Source: Vicugna vicugna (Eukaryota). From it: a DNA stretch of 64,000 nucleotides. Below are positions 27,430 to 40,735 of this stretch, in pieces; the first letter of the stretch is position 1, and each line of letters opens with the position of its first letter. The stretch is from assembly GCA_013265495.1 (NCBI GenBank), contig MU058054.1:558001-622000 (forward strand), given 5' to 3'. The translations under genes were made by a program, and so were the position numbers. The notes beneath the pieces were generated by a model. It searched no databases, was not told the origin of the DNA, and saw nothing but the letters and a program-made list of their open reading frames with translations.

Positions 27430-27905
27430 TGCTTTGGCTAAAAACAGGGCCAAGGGCTGATTTCCTTCTTACAACTGTGGAGGCCAGGAATCCACTGGAG
27501 GGTGTTGAGCCAAGGAGGGACATGATCCAACATATTTTGAAAGGGTTACTCAGATGGTGGTGGGGAGAAGAGACCGTGAGGAGACAAGGATGGAAACAGG
27601 GAGGAGGCTGCTGCAGAGGTCCAGGTGAGAGATGACGGTGGGCGGCCCAGCGGGGTGATAGTAGAGGGTGAGGGAAATGGTCATCTTACAGATACACTTC
27701 AAAGCTACAGCCTAAAGCACTTATTGACGGGTTGGAGGCAGGGTGTGAGAGAAACAGAGGAGTCAAGGGTGTCTCCAAGACTCCTGCCCTGAAACAAAGG
27801 GAGGATGAGTTACTGTGTACTGCTTGGGGCTCACTGCTAGAGGAACAGTTTAGAGGGTGAATTAATATTTCAGGTTTAGGTGTGTTAAGTGTGAGATGCC
27901 TTTGC
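27430..27905 (-). mobile_element. L2 fragment
   Basis: ggaggccaggaatccactggaggg...gaggaggctgctgcagaggtccaggtgagagatgacgg...gaggagtcaagg. Confidence 0.75.
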
Positions 27906-28906
27906 TGAATGGTGTTCCGGAGGATGGGATGAGATCCCAGGCACCTTTTCTCCTTTCTCAGATGTGAAATCAGGAGGATGTGCTTGGCTGCATCGTGGGG
28001 GTAAAGCAGAATCAGTCCCTGTGGGAGGCACTTTTTACTCTGCTGTCACTTTGGGGCCTCAGGCTCGAGGCTGTCCTTGGTTGAGGAGAGGCGAGTTCTG
28101 TAGAGCATGAGGCCCTCCCTAGGAGACATGCTTCTCACAGGTTTAGGCCCAGATGAAATGAGGTTGAGAAAGGAAGGGGCAGCTTGGTAGGGAGAAGAAG
28201 TGACAGCAATAGGGACTAGAGGGGCCTGTGCCCTGAGGGAGGCAAATATCTTCACTGGATGGAAAGAGTCCTGGACCAGAGACACAGGGCCTTATTGGGA
28301 GGGGGTTGGCCTCGCCGTTTACTGTCTGTGATCTTCCTTCCCCTCTCTGGGCCTCGGTTTCCTTGTCTATTAGCAGACCCGATGGTATCTGTCCCTGGGG
28401 GCTGTTGTGAGGATCCAGTGACTACATGAGATGCTGTGTGAGACTACTATTGTGGGGCCTGGCACACACAAATCTGTTTGGACTCTGACATGTTCCCCGT
28501 GTGTGCCAGGGGCAGAGTCTGGCACAGGCAGAACTCACTTGCTTGGCTCTTGACTACGGTATTCTTGCCTGCTTCTCAGAGATGGGGGTGCACTTTTAAC
28601 TCTTCTCAGATGCTGTTTAAAAACAGGCTCCAGAATCCTGGCTATCATAGAGAGAACATGCTTTCTCAAGCAGCTACTAAACGAGATCTCTTCCCATTTT
28701 GATCATTTGAATTGCCAGACAGCTTCAAACTCTCCATTATGGTAAACAACACGCCTGACACTTAATTTTAAAGAAGGTGGTACACTGCACTGCAAGAATT
28801 TTCACTTAGGAAAATATTAATGCGATTATGACATTGGTAAGAATTGTTTGTATTATGTAAAAAAAAAATCAATACACAGGCGGAGGGGACTGCAGCCTCT
28901 TGGCAT

Positions 28907-28925
28907 GTTGCCACCTAGTGGCGGC
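28907..28925 (-). promoter_or_regulatory. CTCF consensus motif (GCCGCCACTAGGTGGCAAC on the minus strand)
   Basis: Matches the core CCASYAGRKGGCR exactly and sits in non-repeat sequence. Binding is not demonstrated. Confidence 0.65.
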
Positions 28926-30814
28926 TTCTGGGATGGCCCAGTGTCTCAGAGGTGAGGAGCTGCAGTCGCTTCTGAATGGGGTAGTCGCCCTGGGCCCTGA
29001 TCAACAATTGAAGCTCCTAGTATCCATCTTGGAGGCCTTCCCCTCTGTCCCTATTAACCCCATTTATCTTTCTGGGCATGATTTAAATCACAGCTCCATC
29101 ATGCTGTCTCTGAGCACGCAGAGTATCCATTCTCTCTACCGCCCGCACTGGATCCTACCTTGTATCGGACCTTTGGAGTTCATGGGGCCAAAGGCAGGAG
29201 AAAACCATCTGCACCTGCTTGCTACTTAGCACTCGGGGCCCAGGTGTCCACCATGCTGGGGCCTCCTTGAATTTCAAAGGCCTTCAAAATATTTGGATTC
29301 TGAAAAAACAAATGTTACCAGCCCCCAATTATGAAAGGAAAACTATTAAACAGCAACATTATAAAAACATGAACAAAACTGACCTGTTAGTTAAATGCGA
29401 CACAACTCTTTTACGCAGTTATGTCTGTGTCACATTCCACGAGACCGCATTTAATACATTTGATCTGATATAAGGTGATGGAATCTTGGGAACTGAAAAT
29501 ACTCCGGACAGAGAGAGGCCTTCAACAGCCCAAATGGCAGACCGAAAATGACGTTCGTCATCTGCACCTCCTCACTGCACGGCCGAGGGCTCCGCGAGGT
29601 GAGCTGACTGGCTCACATCCCGCAACGAGGGGCGATGCTGGAATCACGTTTCCTGGCTCCTGCCCCAGCTCTTTCCACGACACCTAATTTCTAGGTAGTG
29701 CCAGAAGCCTCTCTGTGACTTTCGGAGAGGTGTAGGAACTATATTCAGAATTCATTTGGGGAGCCAAAATGGAAAATTGAAAATTGAAACCTGCACCAGC
29801 TTTATTTATGTTTTCCACTTTTGAAAAAACAGTCACAAAAATTTTAACGTACTCTTGCCTTCCCTACTTCCTTCTCCAAACTTCTTCCACTACCTCTATA
29901 AATTCATGATTTTCTCTTTCTTACTTTCGAGATGGATGGCCTAACCGATGTTGTTTGTAGTCTTCAGGTACAGAATTACCTACTCATTCCTTTTTTCCTT
30001 TTAAGTATTTCCTCACGTTCGTATTACGAATTTTTGGAAGGCCATTTTCTATTTTGACATTATGCACTAAGCTATAAACATGAAAACCCAATTTTTATAC
30101 ACCATTATGGGTTTCTAGGACTACTAACTATATATGCTTCTCCCGTGCTAATTCAATATAATAATCCCATGCAGTAGACAGTTCTTCTTCTTAATTTTCA
30201 CACTATAAATGTCAGGGTTGGTGAATGATTTGCTTGGCTGAGACGTGCTCCTTTAAAGTTACTACAAATGACCTCCAGAAGGCTCTTGTGTGGACTTTCA
30301 AAGCAGAACGCTCTTGTTCTGGAGCTCCCATTGAGGGGCATTCCTGTGCCCGGTCCTTGAGGACATGGAAGGCGGTCTTGCAAAGTGAGGTGGGGATGCA
30401 GCACTGGCCCCGTCAGTCCAATGAATTGGCAGAGTTCGTCTTTCCCTCCCATTTTCCTTGACAGCTCCAGCAAACCAGAATTTCTTATAAGGAACAACCT
30501 TGGTTGCAGACTCTGTGGGCAAGAAACACTGGCTGTGGCCTTTGAAGTGATCTTGTGCTGCTTCTTCAAACTCCAGCACGAGGCTCCAAGAAGGGAAGAG
30601 ACCAGAGCTCAGAGCTTTTGATGTCAAGTCCAAGGCAAGTTTGCTTACATTTGGAAAACTCCTAGAGAGGAGAATTAAACCAGTAGCAGACCTCTCATTC
30701 ATATCTGAATCCTGCATAATACCCAGCACAGCACCCCTGACATGGGTGTGCAATAAATCTTTGTTGAGTGATTCCATTAAATAATACAAGGAAATAAATC
30801 GTCCTTTTAAAACA

Positions 30815-31712
30815 CAGACAGGAGCAATACCACTTCAAACCCACAAGGATGGCTGACATATAAAAGACAATAACTACTGTGGGCAAAGATAGGGCGATAT
30901 TGGAACCCTTATACATTGTGAGATTGTAAAATGGTGCAGCCACTTAAAAAAGTTTAGCAGTTCTTCAAAAGTTAACATAGAGTCACCGTATGACCCATCA
31001 GTTCTACTCCTAGGTGTACAACCAAGAGAAAAGAAAATGTGTTCACACAAAGACTTGTACATGAATGTTCAAAGCAACATGATTCATAATGGTCAAAGAG
31101 TGGAAGCAATCCAAATGTCCATCAAATGATGAATGGATAAAAAGAGTGGTACATCCATACAATGGAATATTATTCAGCCGTTAAAAGGAACGAAGCACTG
31201 ACATATGCTTAAACATGGATGAACCTTGAAAATACTCTGTTAAGTGAAAGAAGCCAGTCACAAAAGACCACCTACTATATGATTCCATTTATAAGAAATG
31301 TCGAGGATAGAGAAAGCCTAAGAGACAGAAAATGGTTTTCAGTGGCAAATGGAGAGAGGATATGGGGAATGATTCCTTTTCTTTTTTTAAAATTGAAGTA
31401 TAGTTAATCTACAACGTTGTGTTCATTTCTGGTGTACAGCATAGTGATTCAGTCACACACATATATATTCTTTTTCATTACAGATTGTTACAAGATATTG
31501 AATATAGTTCCCTGTGCTATACAGTAGGACCTTGTTGCTTATCTATTTTATATGTAGTAGTTAGCACCTGCATTTTCTTTTTAGAGTAAAGGAAATTGTC
31601 TAAAATTAGATAATGGTGATGGTTATGTAACTCTGTGAGTAGACTAAAAGCCACTGAACTGTATGCTTTAAAAGAGTGAGTTTTATGTATGTGGTATCTC
31701 AATAAAGTTGCT
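30815..31712 (+). mobile_element. Old L1 (L1MB-like) 3' end interrupted by an opposite-strand L1 3' fragment at about 31376-31570
   Basis: aaatgtccatcaaatgatgaatggataa...atgaaccttgaaaa...gaaagaagccagtcacaaaagacc, resuming after 31575 and ending tatctcaataaag. Confidence 0.85.
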
Positions 31713-34264
31713 ACACACACACACCTGAGTAAGTAGTCTTCAGTCTGGCCTGCCATCGGGACTCTGCCGCTGTGTTAGCCTCTGCTCCTCTGAGCATCAC
31801 CCCAGAGGCTGCTTTAACTGACCTATCCCTCTGCTACCATTTGCCCCTAAGTTCAATTTCTAGCAAAGAGACGCATTAAGGGAAGTGTTTCCTTTCTTCC
31901 TTCCTCTTTTCCTCCCTCCTTCTCCCGATCTCTTCAAAAATTCAACACACTGTTTCTTAATATACAGCTCAATCTCAGGAGAATGCACTAGAGGGCTTGT
32001 TAAGTCATGGCAGATGAGTGTGCATTCTTAGTTTTAGCTCTGCTCGTATTTGAGAAGCGTTTTATATAATCTTCAAGGCAATCTGTAGAAAATCATTATG
32101 AAGTCACTTTCTTCATCCACAAGTGAATGAAAAATACAAGATATTTATGTTGGTATTTTCCCCCCAAATCTGATATGTTTTTTGGCATACCATCAGTATT
32201 TAAAATGTAGTTATTTCTCTTAAAAGTGTCTCTTTCTATATTGAGCCTCTTCAGAGATGTCCTCTTGTCCACACTTCTCCTTACGGAGGGTAGGGCTCTT
32301 AGTTGCTGCCACACGGGGTTCAAAACCTGTTCCTTCCAGTTCAAGAAAGAGCTGCAGGAGAACCCGGTTCTCCGTGGTGGTACCACCAATTCCACATTCT
32401 TCCTGGACCCATGTGTGACTCTTCTCTCTGCATTTCCTTTGTATCGCCTGACAATGTTCTCCCATGGGAGATGAATTCTGTTATTTTATTCTGACTTTTG
32501 TATTGGTTCCTGACTTAGCCTGCTCAAGTTTCAGTGGGTTGGCTTGATATTGTTTACATATTAAGACATTTGTGAAGACATTGGATAAGGTCTTAAAAAA
32601 ACAGACATAACGAAGTAGGTACTTTAGAGTGGGCTAGGAATGTGCCATAACTGGGGAAGACTGACTCCCTCAAGAAGTGAAGACATCTCATTTACTTATT
32701 TATCGGGGCTTGGACCGACGGGCAGCACAATGACTCTTATGCTTAAGAAAGCAAAATATATGTTTAAAGGAATATACGTATTGTTAAAACAGTTCTATTT
32801 ACGCAAAAGATTCATGTAACTTTATAAAGGTTTTCAGGGATTTTTAAGGATTTTAAGTGCTGTGTAAGACTGTACTAGTAACAGATGTTCAACGGCGTGT
32901 TTAAAAGTTTTTGTTTTACTGAAAAAGCAATGGATGACTTGATATATTTTTAAAATCATACCAAAGCCACCACATTTTAAGTATAGCTCAAATTCATTAT
33001 TTCTAAGAAGCATTAAGTGATCTAAAATCACATAAGGGCTCCTAAAAATAAATATTACTGTCATGGAGCTGGAAGATTTTGTTTGCTAAATATTCCCTTC
33101 AGAGTCGCACTCTTTTGTGTCACTTCTTGTTCTTTTTCTATGAAGACAGATGGTGTCAGTAATTGTCTATATATTTAATTAAGTTAAAAAGCTACAAAGT
33201 AAGATTTTGGCAACAAAGTAGGATTTCGTGCTAGGAGCAAAGAAAGCAAAAGGAAGCAGAAATTGACAGCATCAGACACTGTTCCTCACCAGACACACAT
33301 TTTGGTATCCATATGTGTTGGAATGTGAGATTGGGTTTCATCAACGTAAGGACAAGAACAAAGGCATTCATCCTGAAACGCAAAGCCCCTAATAGAAATC
33401 TGGCTGGCGGTTCTCTTACATTTCTGACCAGCAAGCTGGGAATGACTTTTCCTATTGTCCACATCACCTCCAACCTTAGCGTGACACTCAGTGGTTGTTT
33501 TAAACTCCCCTGATACTCAGGTTTTCGCCTGGGATTTCTCACCTAGCAGGCTAATTATTGTGAAATTATTATGGAGGGAAAAGCAGTAGCTACTTGTAGA
33601 AAGTGGTTTGGAAAACTGACTTAACCGCTCTTGCGGTGTCTGTTTTCAATGTTCCCATCCCGTGAATCCACCTTCTGGCTTAATGGCAATATGGCGCTCC
33701 CAGCTGTGGTGCTGTGTACAGGCTTGCTCATTTAAACTCTTAAAGCTTAAAAATGGCTACCACAACACTGATTTTATTCCATTGCGCTTAGTCATTAACA
33801 TTTAATGATTACCTTATGTGCTGAGCACAAGGATGGAATATATTAAAAAAAAATAGGAGATGTGTTTTCTGGCTTTAAGCTGTTCAACTCAATTCAACAA
33901 GCATATTGAGGAGATACAAGAGAAACATACATTTTCTTTGGCGATGGTGGCTGAGGAGGAGGGAGAGGCTTACAAAGGAAGTCACCATCAATTCAGTGCA
34001 GTACCAGGGGGAATATTTACTGTGAGACAAGGACCATGGGCTCAGCAGCCAGCTAAATCATAGTTTGAACCCTAGATCTGCCACTTAGTCCTTGTGTGAC
34101 TTTGAACATGTCACTCTAGCCTCAGGTTCCTCATTTGTAAATTAGGAATAATACTCACTTCTCAGGGTGTGAGGATTAGGAACGCTATGTGTAAAATACA
34201 TACCAGAATGTCTGGCTCATGACAAAAATTCAATAAATATTTAATATTATCATTAATAATTACT

Positions 34265-34580
34265 ATAAAAAAAAGAAGACAAGTGAACTTCTATATAAAA
34301 CAGAAACAGACTCACAGACACAGAAAACAAACTTGTGGTTGCCACGGAGGAGGGCGGTGGGAAGGGATAAACTGGGAGTTCAAGATCTGCAGATACTGAC
34401 TGGTATATATAAAACAGATAAGCAAGTTTATACTGTATAGCACAGGGAGCTATATTCAATATCTTGTAGTAGCTTACAGTGAAAAAGAATATATGTATAT
34501 TCATGTATGACTGAAGCGTTGTGCTGTACACCAGAAACTGACACAACATTGTAAACTGACTATACCTCAATCAAAAAAAG
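34265..34580 (+). mobile_element. Short L1 3' end with probable TSD, next to a MIR (about 34045-34240)
   Basis: aaacagaaacagactcacagac...gcacagggagctatattcaat...actatacctcaatcaaaaaaa. Flanks aataattact (34255-34264) / aatagttact (34581-34590). Confidence 0.88.
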
Positions 34581-37039
34581 AATAGTTACTCTGGCCATCA
34601 GTATTACCTTAGCTCAGAGAAGCTAGACAATGACTAGAAGCTAGAGAATGAAGTGGCAATTGAAGGGGGATTAAGTAAGGTGGGTTTCCACGAGGAGTTG
34701 GACTTTGAAACATGTTTTGAAAGAAGGGAAGTTGTATATTGACAAAGGGGAAAGGAAAGGCCAGTTGTAGGCATGGAGGTAGCATGTGGAGGCAGGAGGA
34801 GGATGCATTTATTGAAAGTGGGACCCGCCAATCAGGTCAGCTTGCCTGTGCTACAGAGCACTTCGGACATGATCACGGAGAAAGGCAATTAGTGCCACAT
34901 GGTGAGGGATGGGTGGTTCAGGGCTGTTTTAAGAAATAGGTAAGGCCCAGAACAAATCACCCTGTACTTTGTCACCCCAACATTATGGTCCAGATAAAAT
35001 TAAATTAAAATGAACATTAAGGACCAATTTTGAAAGGGAAAATTTATCACACAAAAAGTCTTAACAGCTGGGAAGTAGGAAGGGCCACTCAGCTTTGTTT
35101 TTGTGATACTGGTGGGCGAGTCGTAACCACATGCATGCGGAGAGTGTTTTGGTTTTTCTTAGCATTAGCAGGGAGACTTTTCCTTTCTCCCTACCTGCCG
35201 CCCTCCTGAGTCCTGCAGAGCTGTGGCATCTTCTGAAAAGTGCACGATACAGTGCAAGTGGCTGCATTTGCCCTTCTCTGGCAGTGTTTCTGGTGATTAA
35301 AGTTACTTAAAGACCTCAAAGTCCAGAGAGAAGTGTCTAAGTTTCATTCAAAAGGAAGCAAAAATTTCCATGATGAGAGCAGTCATCTGAAGAAATCCTG
35401 TGTGGAGCGACTGGATGTAAACAGGGGTCTGGTCTATGCGGAATCCAAAGTTCTAACCAAGAGCTGCTGTTTAGGCTTGGGTTCAATCTTTCTGAAGGTT
35501 GAGGTTTACAATGTAAGGGGACCAACCCAACATTTAAGGATAGTCACATATGGCAAGATTATATATAGCAAAGTTGGCCACTAGTTTACCTGCACCATCA
35601 GTGTTAAGGAACAGAATTGTCATTTTCACTGTAAAAATTATTGTCATTGTCTTTGTGCGTATTGCAGAAGTCATCGCCATCACCATCATCATAAGTATCA
35701 CTTGCACATTGCAAGTCTCTTTCATTGACACAAAGATGCAGACCTTTTAAAGGGACAGGTCTTTTACTTTGATGCTTCAAAACCCTTGGGATCGATTTTC
35801 CCTTCACTAGGTACTAACTTGTGATTTACAGTGTGCCTATTACAGCATTTTAAAAACATTGAATAACAGGCACTTCTGTTCATACTAAAGGCCTATTAAA
35901 TTTTAATTTAGACATACACTGTTAACCGTCTCATGTATAAATAAAATACCTTCCCTAAAGAGAAAAAGTAAATCTCACTGAGGTCCCTTGGTGAATACCT
36001 TGTATATCTTGAAGATAAAGATAGGGAGATCTTGCAAATGAGAGTACTAGAGGGGAATTCAGAGAAGTATTCATTCATTTATTTAATAAATATTTACCGT
36101 GGGTCTGTTATATGCTAGGCATGGTGCTAGGTGCTGGGTATTCAGCAAATAATAAGAAGGAATGATGATATTTCTGTAGACTTTGGTTTTTCCACTCTCT
36201 GAAATAAATATATTCACTTCCGATGCTTATATATCACTTTGAGCTGATAATGTTCACTGACTTTTAAAAATAATGCTAATTCAATTCAGATTCCACTCAC
36301 AGTTTGAGAACCTGCTGAGGGCTCGGGCGACAGTTTTACATGTGATTATGCTGCTTGATTTAATAAGAACAGCACCTTATATCTGCTCAGCCTCTCAGAA
36401 CATCCAGTGGGAAGGAGGGCAGGGATTCACCATTTGTCAATGAAAATGAGGTTCATAAGAGGTCCGGTGAGTTGTCTGAAGTATCACAACTGGTAAGTGG
36501 AAAGACTGGGGCCAGAACCCATTATCCATCACAAGGAACGTATTTTCAGCTCTTTTTTTCCTATTCTAAGCTGATACATTTGTATTTAGAAACTCACTGA
36601 AACAGCTTTCAGAATATATAAGATATTCTCTGATATATATATATCAGGGTCTCCATTTTTCTCTTTCCTCATAATTTGAACTTTGTAACAATTTTCTTCT
36701 GTAGCTACCTTACGTGTCCAGGAAGGGCCATTGCTGGAAGCCTGCAGCTGTTTTTCATCTAAACTCTTTTTTCAAAGATTAGATTTCCTTTCCTTTTTTT
36801 AATAAAAAATAATACCTATCAATGCTTCTAACAGAGATAGCTATTTCAAAAGTTTACAATGATCTAAACACACAGTTTTCAATCTGAGGATTTCAATAGA
36901 AAGCATCTTTGCCAGTCTGTTTGTTGAGTGACTTTATCTAAAAAGAACTGGCGAGTGATATATAAATGCACATCTATATGAGGCAAGTCAGATGTGTTGT
37001 TTATAAGACTTAGAGCATCATTTTTATCCCCCTGTGTGT

Positions 37040-37395
37040 TTTGTGCATTTCTACCAGCACCCTTCCCAGCATCTTTCCCACTTGGAACACACTCTTACCC
37101 TCCTTTAAATCCTAGTTATCTTTCAGCTCAAATCCCACCTACTCTGTAAAAACCTCTCTTGGTGGCTCCAAACAGAAGGCAGTTAGATTGACATTGCCTT
37201 TTTGATGTCTCTTATATTGTTCTATGTAGTTGTCACCTAAGCTTTTTCTTGTAATTCATTTATCAAGTCTGTCTCCGCAACTAGATTGTGAACTCCCCCA
37301 GGGCAGGCGTTTTCACTTCTTTTGCATCTTTGCGGCCTCTCTAGCACCTACCATCATGTCTTGTACATACTAGATGCTCAATAAACACTTGTTCT
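37040..37395 (+). mobile_element. L2 3' end
   Basis: actagattgtgaactcccccagggcagg...ctagcacctacc...tagatgctcaataaacacttg. Confidence 0.75.
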
Positions 37396-37789
37396 TTCCT
37401 TTAGAGTTTCCCAAAAGTAAATATAAGTAAGCTCAACAGTTCTGGGTGTTCTGGAAGTTCCAGAAGTCTATGAATCAACTGGCTATCATGGAACTATCAT
37501 TGCGTTAGACATCATGAAGAGGTACTATGAAAATATTATTGAAATAAATAATTTTTGAACTCAGAAGTCAAATAAGCTAACCAACTCATTTTACAGATGA
37601 GAAAACTGAAGATGACAGAAAGAAAGAGATAAGCTCAAGGTAACATAGTAACTTAGAAAAGGAGCTAGTTTGACTATTTGAAACTTTAGTGTGCTGAAGA
37701 ACATAATAAATAAACTTGAGACACAAATGGTAAGGTTCAGTGTCCAAGTACAGATGTGGTAGGTGAAGAACACAGCCGGATTGGTTGGG

Positions 37790-38847
37790 AGGTTGGTTAC
37801 CCTGAAGAAATAAATTGATTGAGCAAATAAGTAAATATATTGAAGATAAACAGACTCAGATTTCTCACTGTTGGAGAAGGTATTTCTTTTTAAGGGTGGA
37901 AAAGGGGAAATCTAGAAAGAACCATGAAGTGTTAAGATTGGAATTAGAGGTATTGGCAGGAATGCATGGTTTTAAAATATACACATTAATAGGTATAGAA
38001 ATGGTTATAGATGCATGCATGTCTGAATATATGTGTGAACATATGCTTGTGTGTATGTGTATTGTACATATATAGCACGTATAATTCCTAGCTCTGTTCC
38101 TTGAAAGAAGCCAGAAGCAATGACACTCTAGTAGCAATAAAAGCACCAAGAGCCCAGATCTTAATACCGTCCTTCGCTAAAAGGACCCAGAGCTCTTGGG
38201 CTGGTCCTAGGCCTGGATCTGAGAAAAGGTAAAATGAACCTGTAACATCTCATTGTGCTGGAAAGTAAGACAGTGCTCAAAGGATAAAGGGGACACATCA
38301 AAAGGACACAGAGCCACCCTGAGGGGTCTCCCACTAGCCAAATCTGGGACAACTTGAACATCAAAATGACAAAAGTGTCAAAATATAATTGACCTAAAAG
38401 ACTGGAAACTCACAAGTTCAAACTGGTAAAAATATGTACGTGCCTACCTATATAAATAAAAGGTGGAAAGGACAGACTCTCCCTGCAGTAGACTTCCAAC
38501 TAGTGGATGTAGAAAGAGTGATGGAAATAGAAAATTACCACTGTCATCATAGTGGCTGACTCAGGAGAAAGTTGGTAGTGGATACTAAGTTTTGTGTGGA
38601 AATTTGATAAGGAATAAGACACAGGTGTATGCTTGGAACACCTTCCCACAAAAATATTACTAATCAATTGCAAAGGAAAAAACAGTCATTTTATGGTGGA
38701 GAAACATGCTGGAAAAAAAGAAAAGCCACAAGTGAAAATCTGGGAAAAGATATTTATATGTGTAACAAAGGATAAGAGTTTCTTATACATAAAGAGCTTC
38801 TACAAATCGACATTTATATTATAGTCCAATTTAAAAGGGGCAAAGAC
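37790..38847 (+). mobile_element. Old L1 (L1MC/MD-like) fragments
   Basis: gagcaaataagtaaatatattga...cccagatctt...gccaaatctgggacaacttgaacatcaaaat...cccacaaaaatattactaatcaattgcaaagg. Confidence 0.7.
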
Positions 38848-39704
38848 AATAGGCACATGAAAAAATGCTCAATGTTGCTAATTATTAGAGAAATGTAAAT
38901 CAAAACTACAATGAGGTATCACCTCACACCAGTCAGAATGGCCATCATTCAAAAGTCCATGAATGATAAATGCTGGAGAGGGTGTGGAGAAAAGGGAACC
39001 CTCCTACACTGTTGGTGGGAATGCAGTTTACTGCAGCCAATGTGGAAAACAGTATGGAGACTCCTGAAAAAACTAAAAATTGACTTACCATATGATCCGC
39101 AATCCCACTCCTTGGCATGTATTGAATGAAAGATACATGCACCCCAATGTTCATAGCAGCACTGTTTATAATAGCCAAGACATGGAAACAGCCTAAATGT
39201 CCACTGACAGATGACTGGACAAAGAAGTTGTAGTAACAATGGAATACTATTCAGCCATGAAAAGGAACAAAACAATGCTTTTTGAAGCAACATAGATGGA
39301 CCTGGAGATTGTCATTCTAAGTGAAGTAAGCCAGAAAGAGAAAGAAAAATACCATATGATATCACTTACATGTGGAATCTTAAAAAAGGGCAAATGAATT
39401 TATTTACAAAACAGAAACAGATTCACAGACATAGAAAACAAACTTACAGTTACCTGGAGGAAAGGGGCTGTGAAGGGACAGATTGGGAGTTCGAGATTTG
39501 CAGATACTAACTACTATATATAAAATAGATAAACAAGTTTATACTGTATAGCACAGGGAGCTAGATTCAATATCTTGTGGTAACCTATAATGAGAAAGAA
39601 TATGAAAACAAATATATGTATGTATATGTATGACTGAACTATTATGCTGTACACCAGAAATTGATACAACATTGCATTGACTATACGTCAATAATAAATA
39701 AATA
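38848..39704 (+). mobile_element. Younger 5'-truncated L1 inserted in an older L1
   Basis: Peptide [16 protein letters not shown]...[19 protein letters not shown], then 3'UTR and A-rich tail. ggcaaaga / ggcaaaaga flank it. Confidence 0.9.
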
Positions 39705-40214
39705 AGGCAAAAGATATAAGGCAGTTAATACAAGATATATAAATGGCCAAGAAATATATAAAAAGATGTTCATCCTCACTAATAATCAGAGAAATGCTGA
39801 GTAAAACAGATGCCATTTCCCCATTAGACCAGCAAAAAATGAGGTTGGTAATATGCCAGTCTCTTCATTGGCACCACAATGCATGTCGATTAGAAGAGAA
39901 AATACAGTGTTTTCTGAAGTGATGTCTCTTGCAAAGTGGCAAGAGTATTTACTAGTGATTTTGCAAATAATCTGTTATATACAGGGAGTTAACATACTTC
40001 CTTTGCCAATATAGAAACTCCTTTTGGTGTGCTGAGAACTTCTTCCAATGTTCTACTGAAAATTGGAACACAAACAGGCATACACTGAAGTATTAATGCA
40101 AAGAGACAAGGAGGATGATAAAACCAGAGAATCTTGGGTTAATATTTATTTATCTCACTCATCAACTAATGTTTGAGCTCTTCTCTAAAAGCCTCCAGCG
40201 TCTGCTAGAATACC

Positions 40215-40735
40215 TCTATTGTTCATTCATTCATTCTTTCAATATTTATTTACTCACCAAACACCTACTTTGTGCCGGGGCAGAGATAGTGCTGAGAATT
40301 GGGGAACGAAAAGAGTACATCTCAAGGAGATTACACTGTAGAGGGGGAGCAGCTTTAATCAGATAATCATGCAAATAAGTTTAAAATGTATCAAAAGCAA
40401 GTGGTATGAAGAAGAGGTACATGATGACATGAGAACCTAAAACAGGAAATGTGACTTTGTTGGGGAGTCCATGGAAGGCTCCCCTAAGAAAATGTGGCTT
40501 GAACTGAAATATGACGGATGGGAAGGGGTTAACTAGGTAAAAAAGAAGAGGCAAGAGCATTTCGGGCAGAGGGGCAGCATGTGTAAAGGCCCTGTGGCAG
40601 GAGGTAGTATGACAAGTAAGGGGGTTGGGAAAGAGAGAAAAAGAGGGGAGTTAGGGTGGGCAAAGGCTGTCAAGGCACATGGGACCAGCCAAGTGAAGTG
40701 TGGGACCTTTATCCCAGAAGCTGGGAAGGGTAAGC
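40215..40735 (-). mobile_element. L2 fragment
   Basis: ttcattcattcattc...cacctactttgtgccggg...ggaaggctcccc...gcagcatgtgtaaaggccctgtggcagga. Confidence 0.75.

Noticed and set aside
30198..30789. Overlapping 123-163 aa ORFs
   Set aside because: No recognisable domain, and the upstream part runs into repeat-like sequence. Expected by chance in 64 kb.
35534..35807. Met/Ile/Asp-rich ORFs
   Set aside because: Produced by a degenerate (CAT)n-like low-complexity tract.
36630..36647. Perfect palindrome ctgatatatatatatcag
   Set aside because: Mostly an (AT)n run, which is self-complementary by nature.
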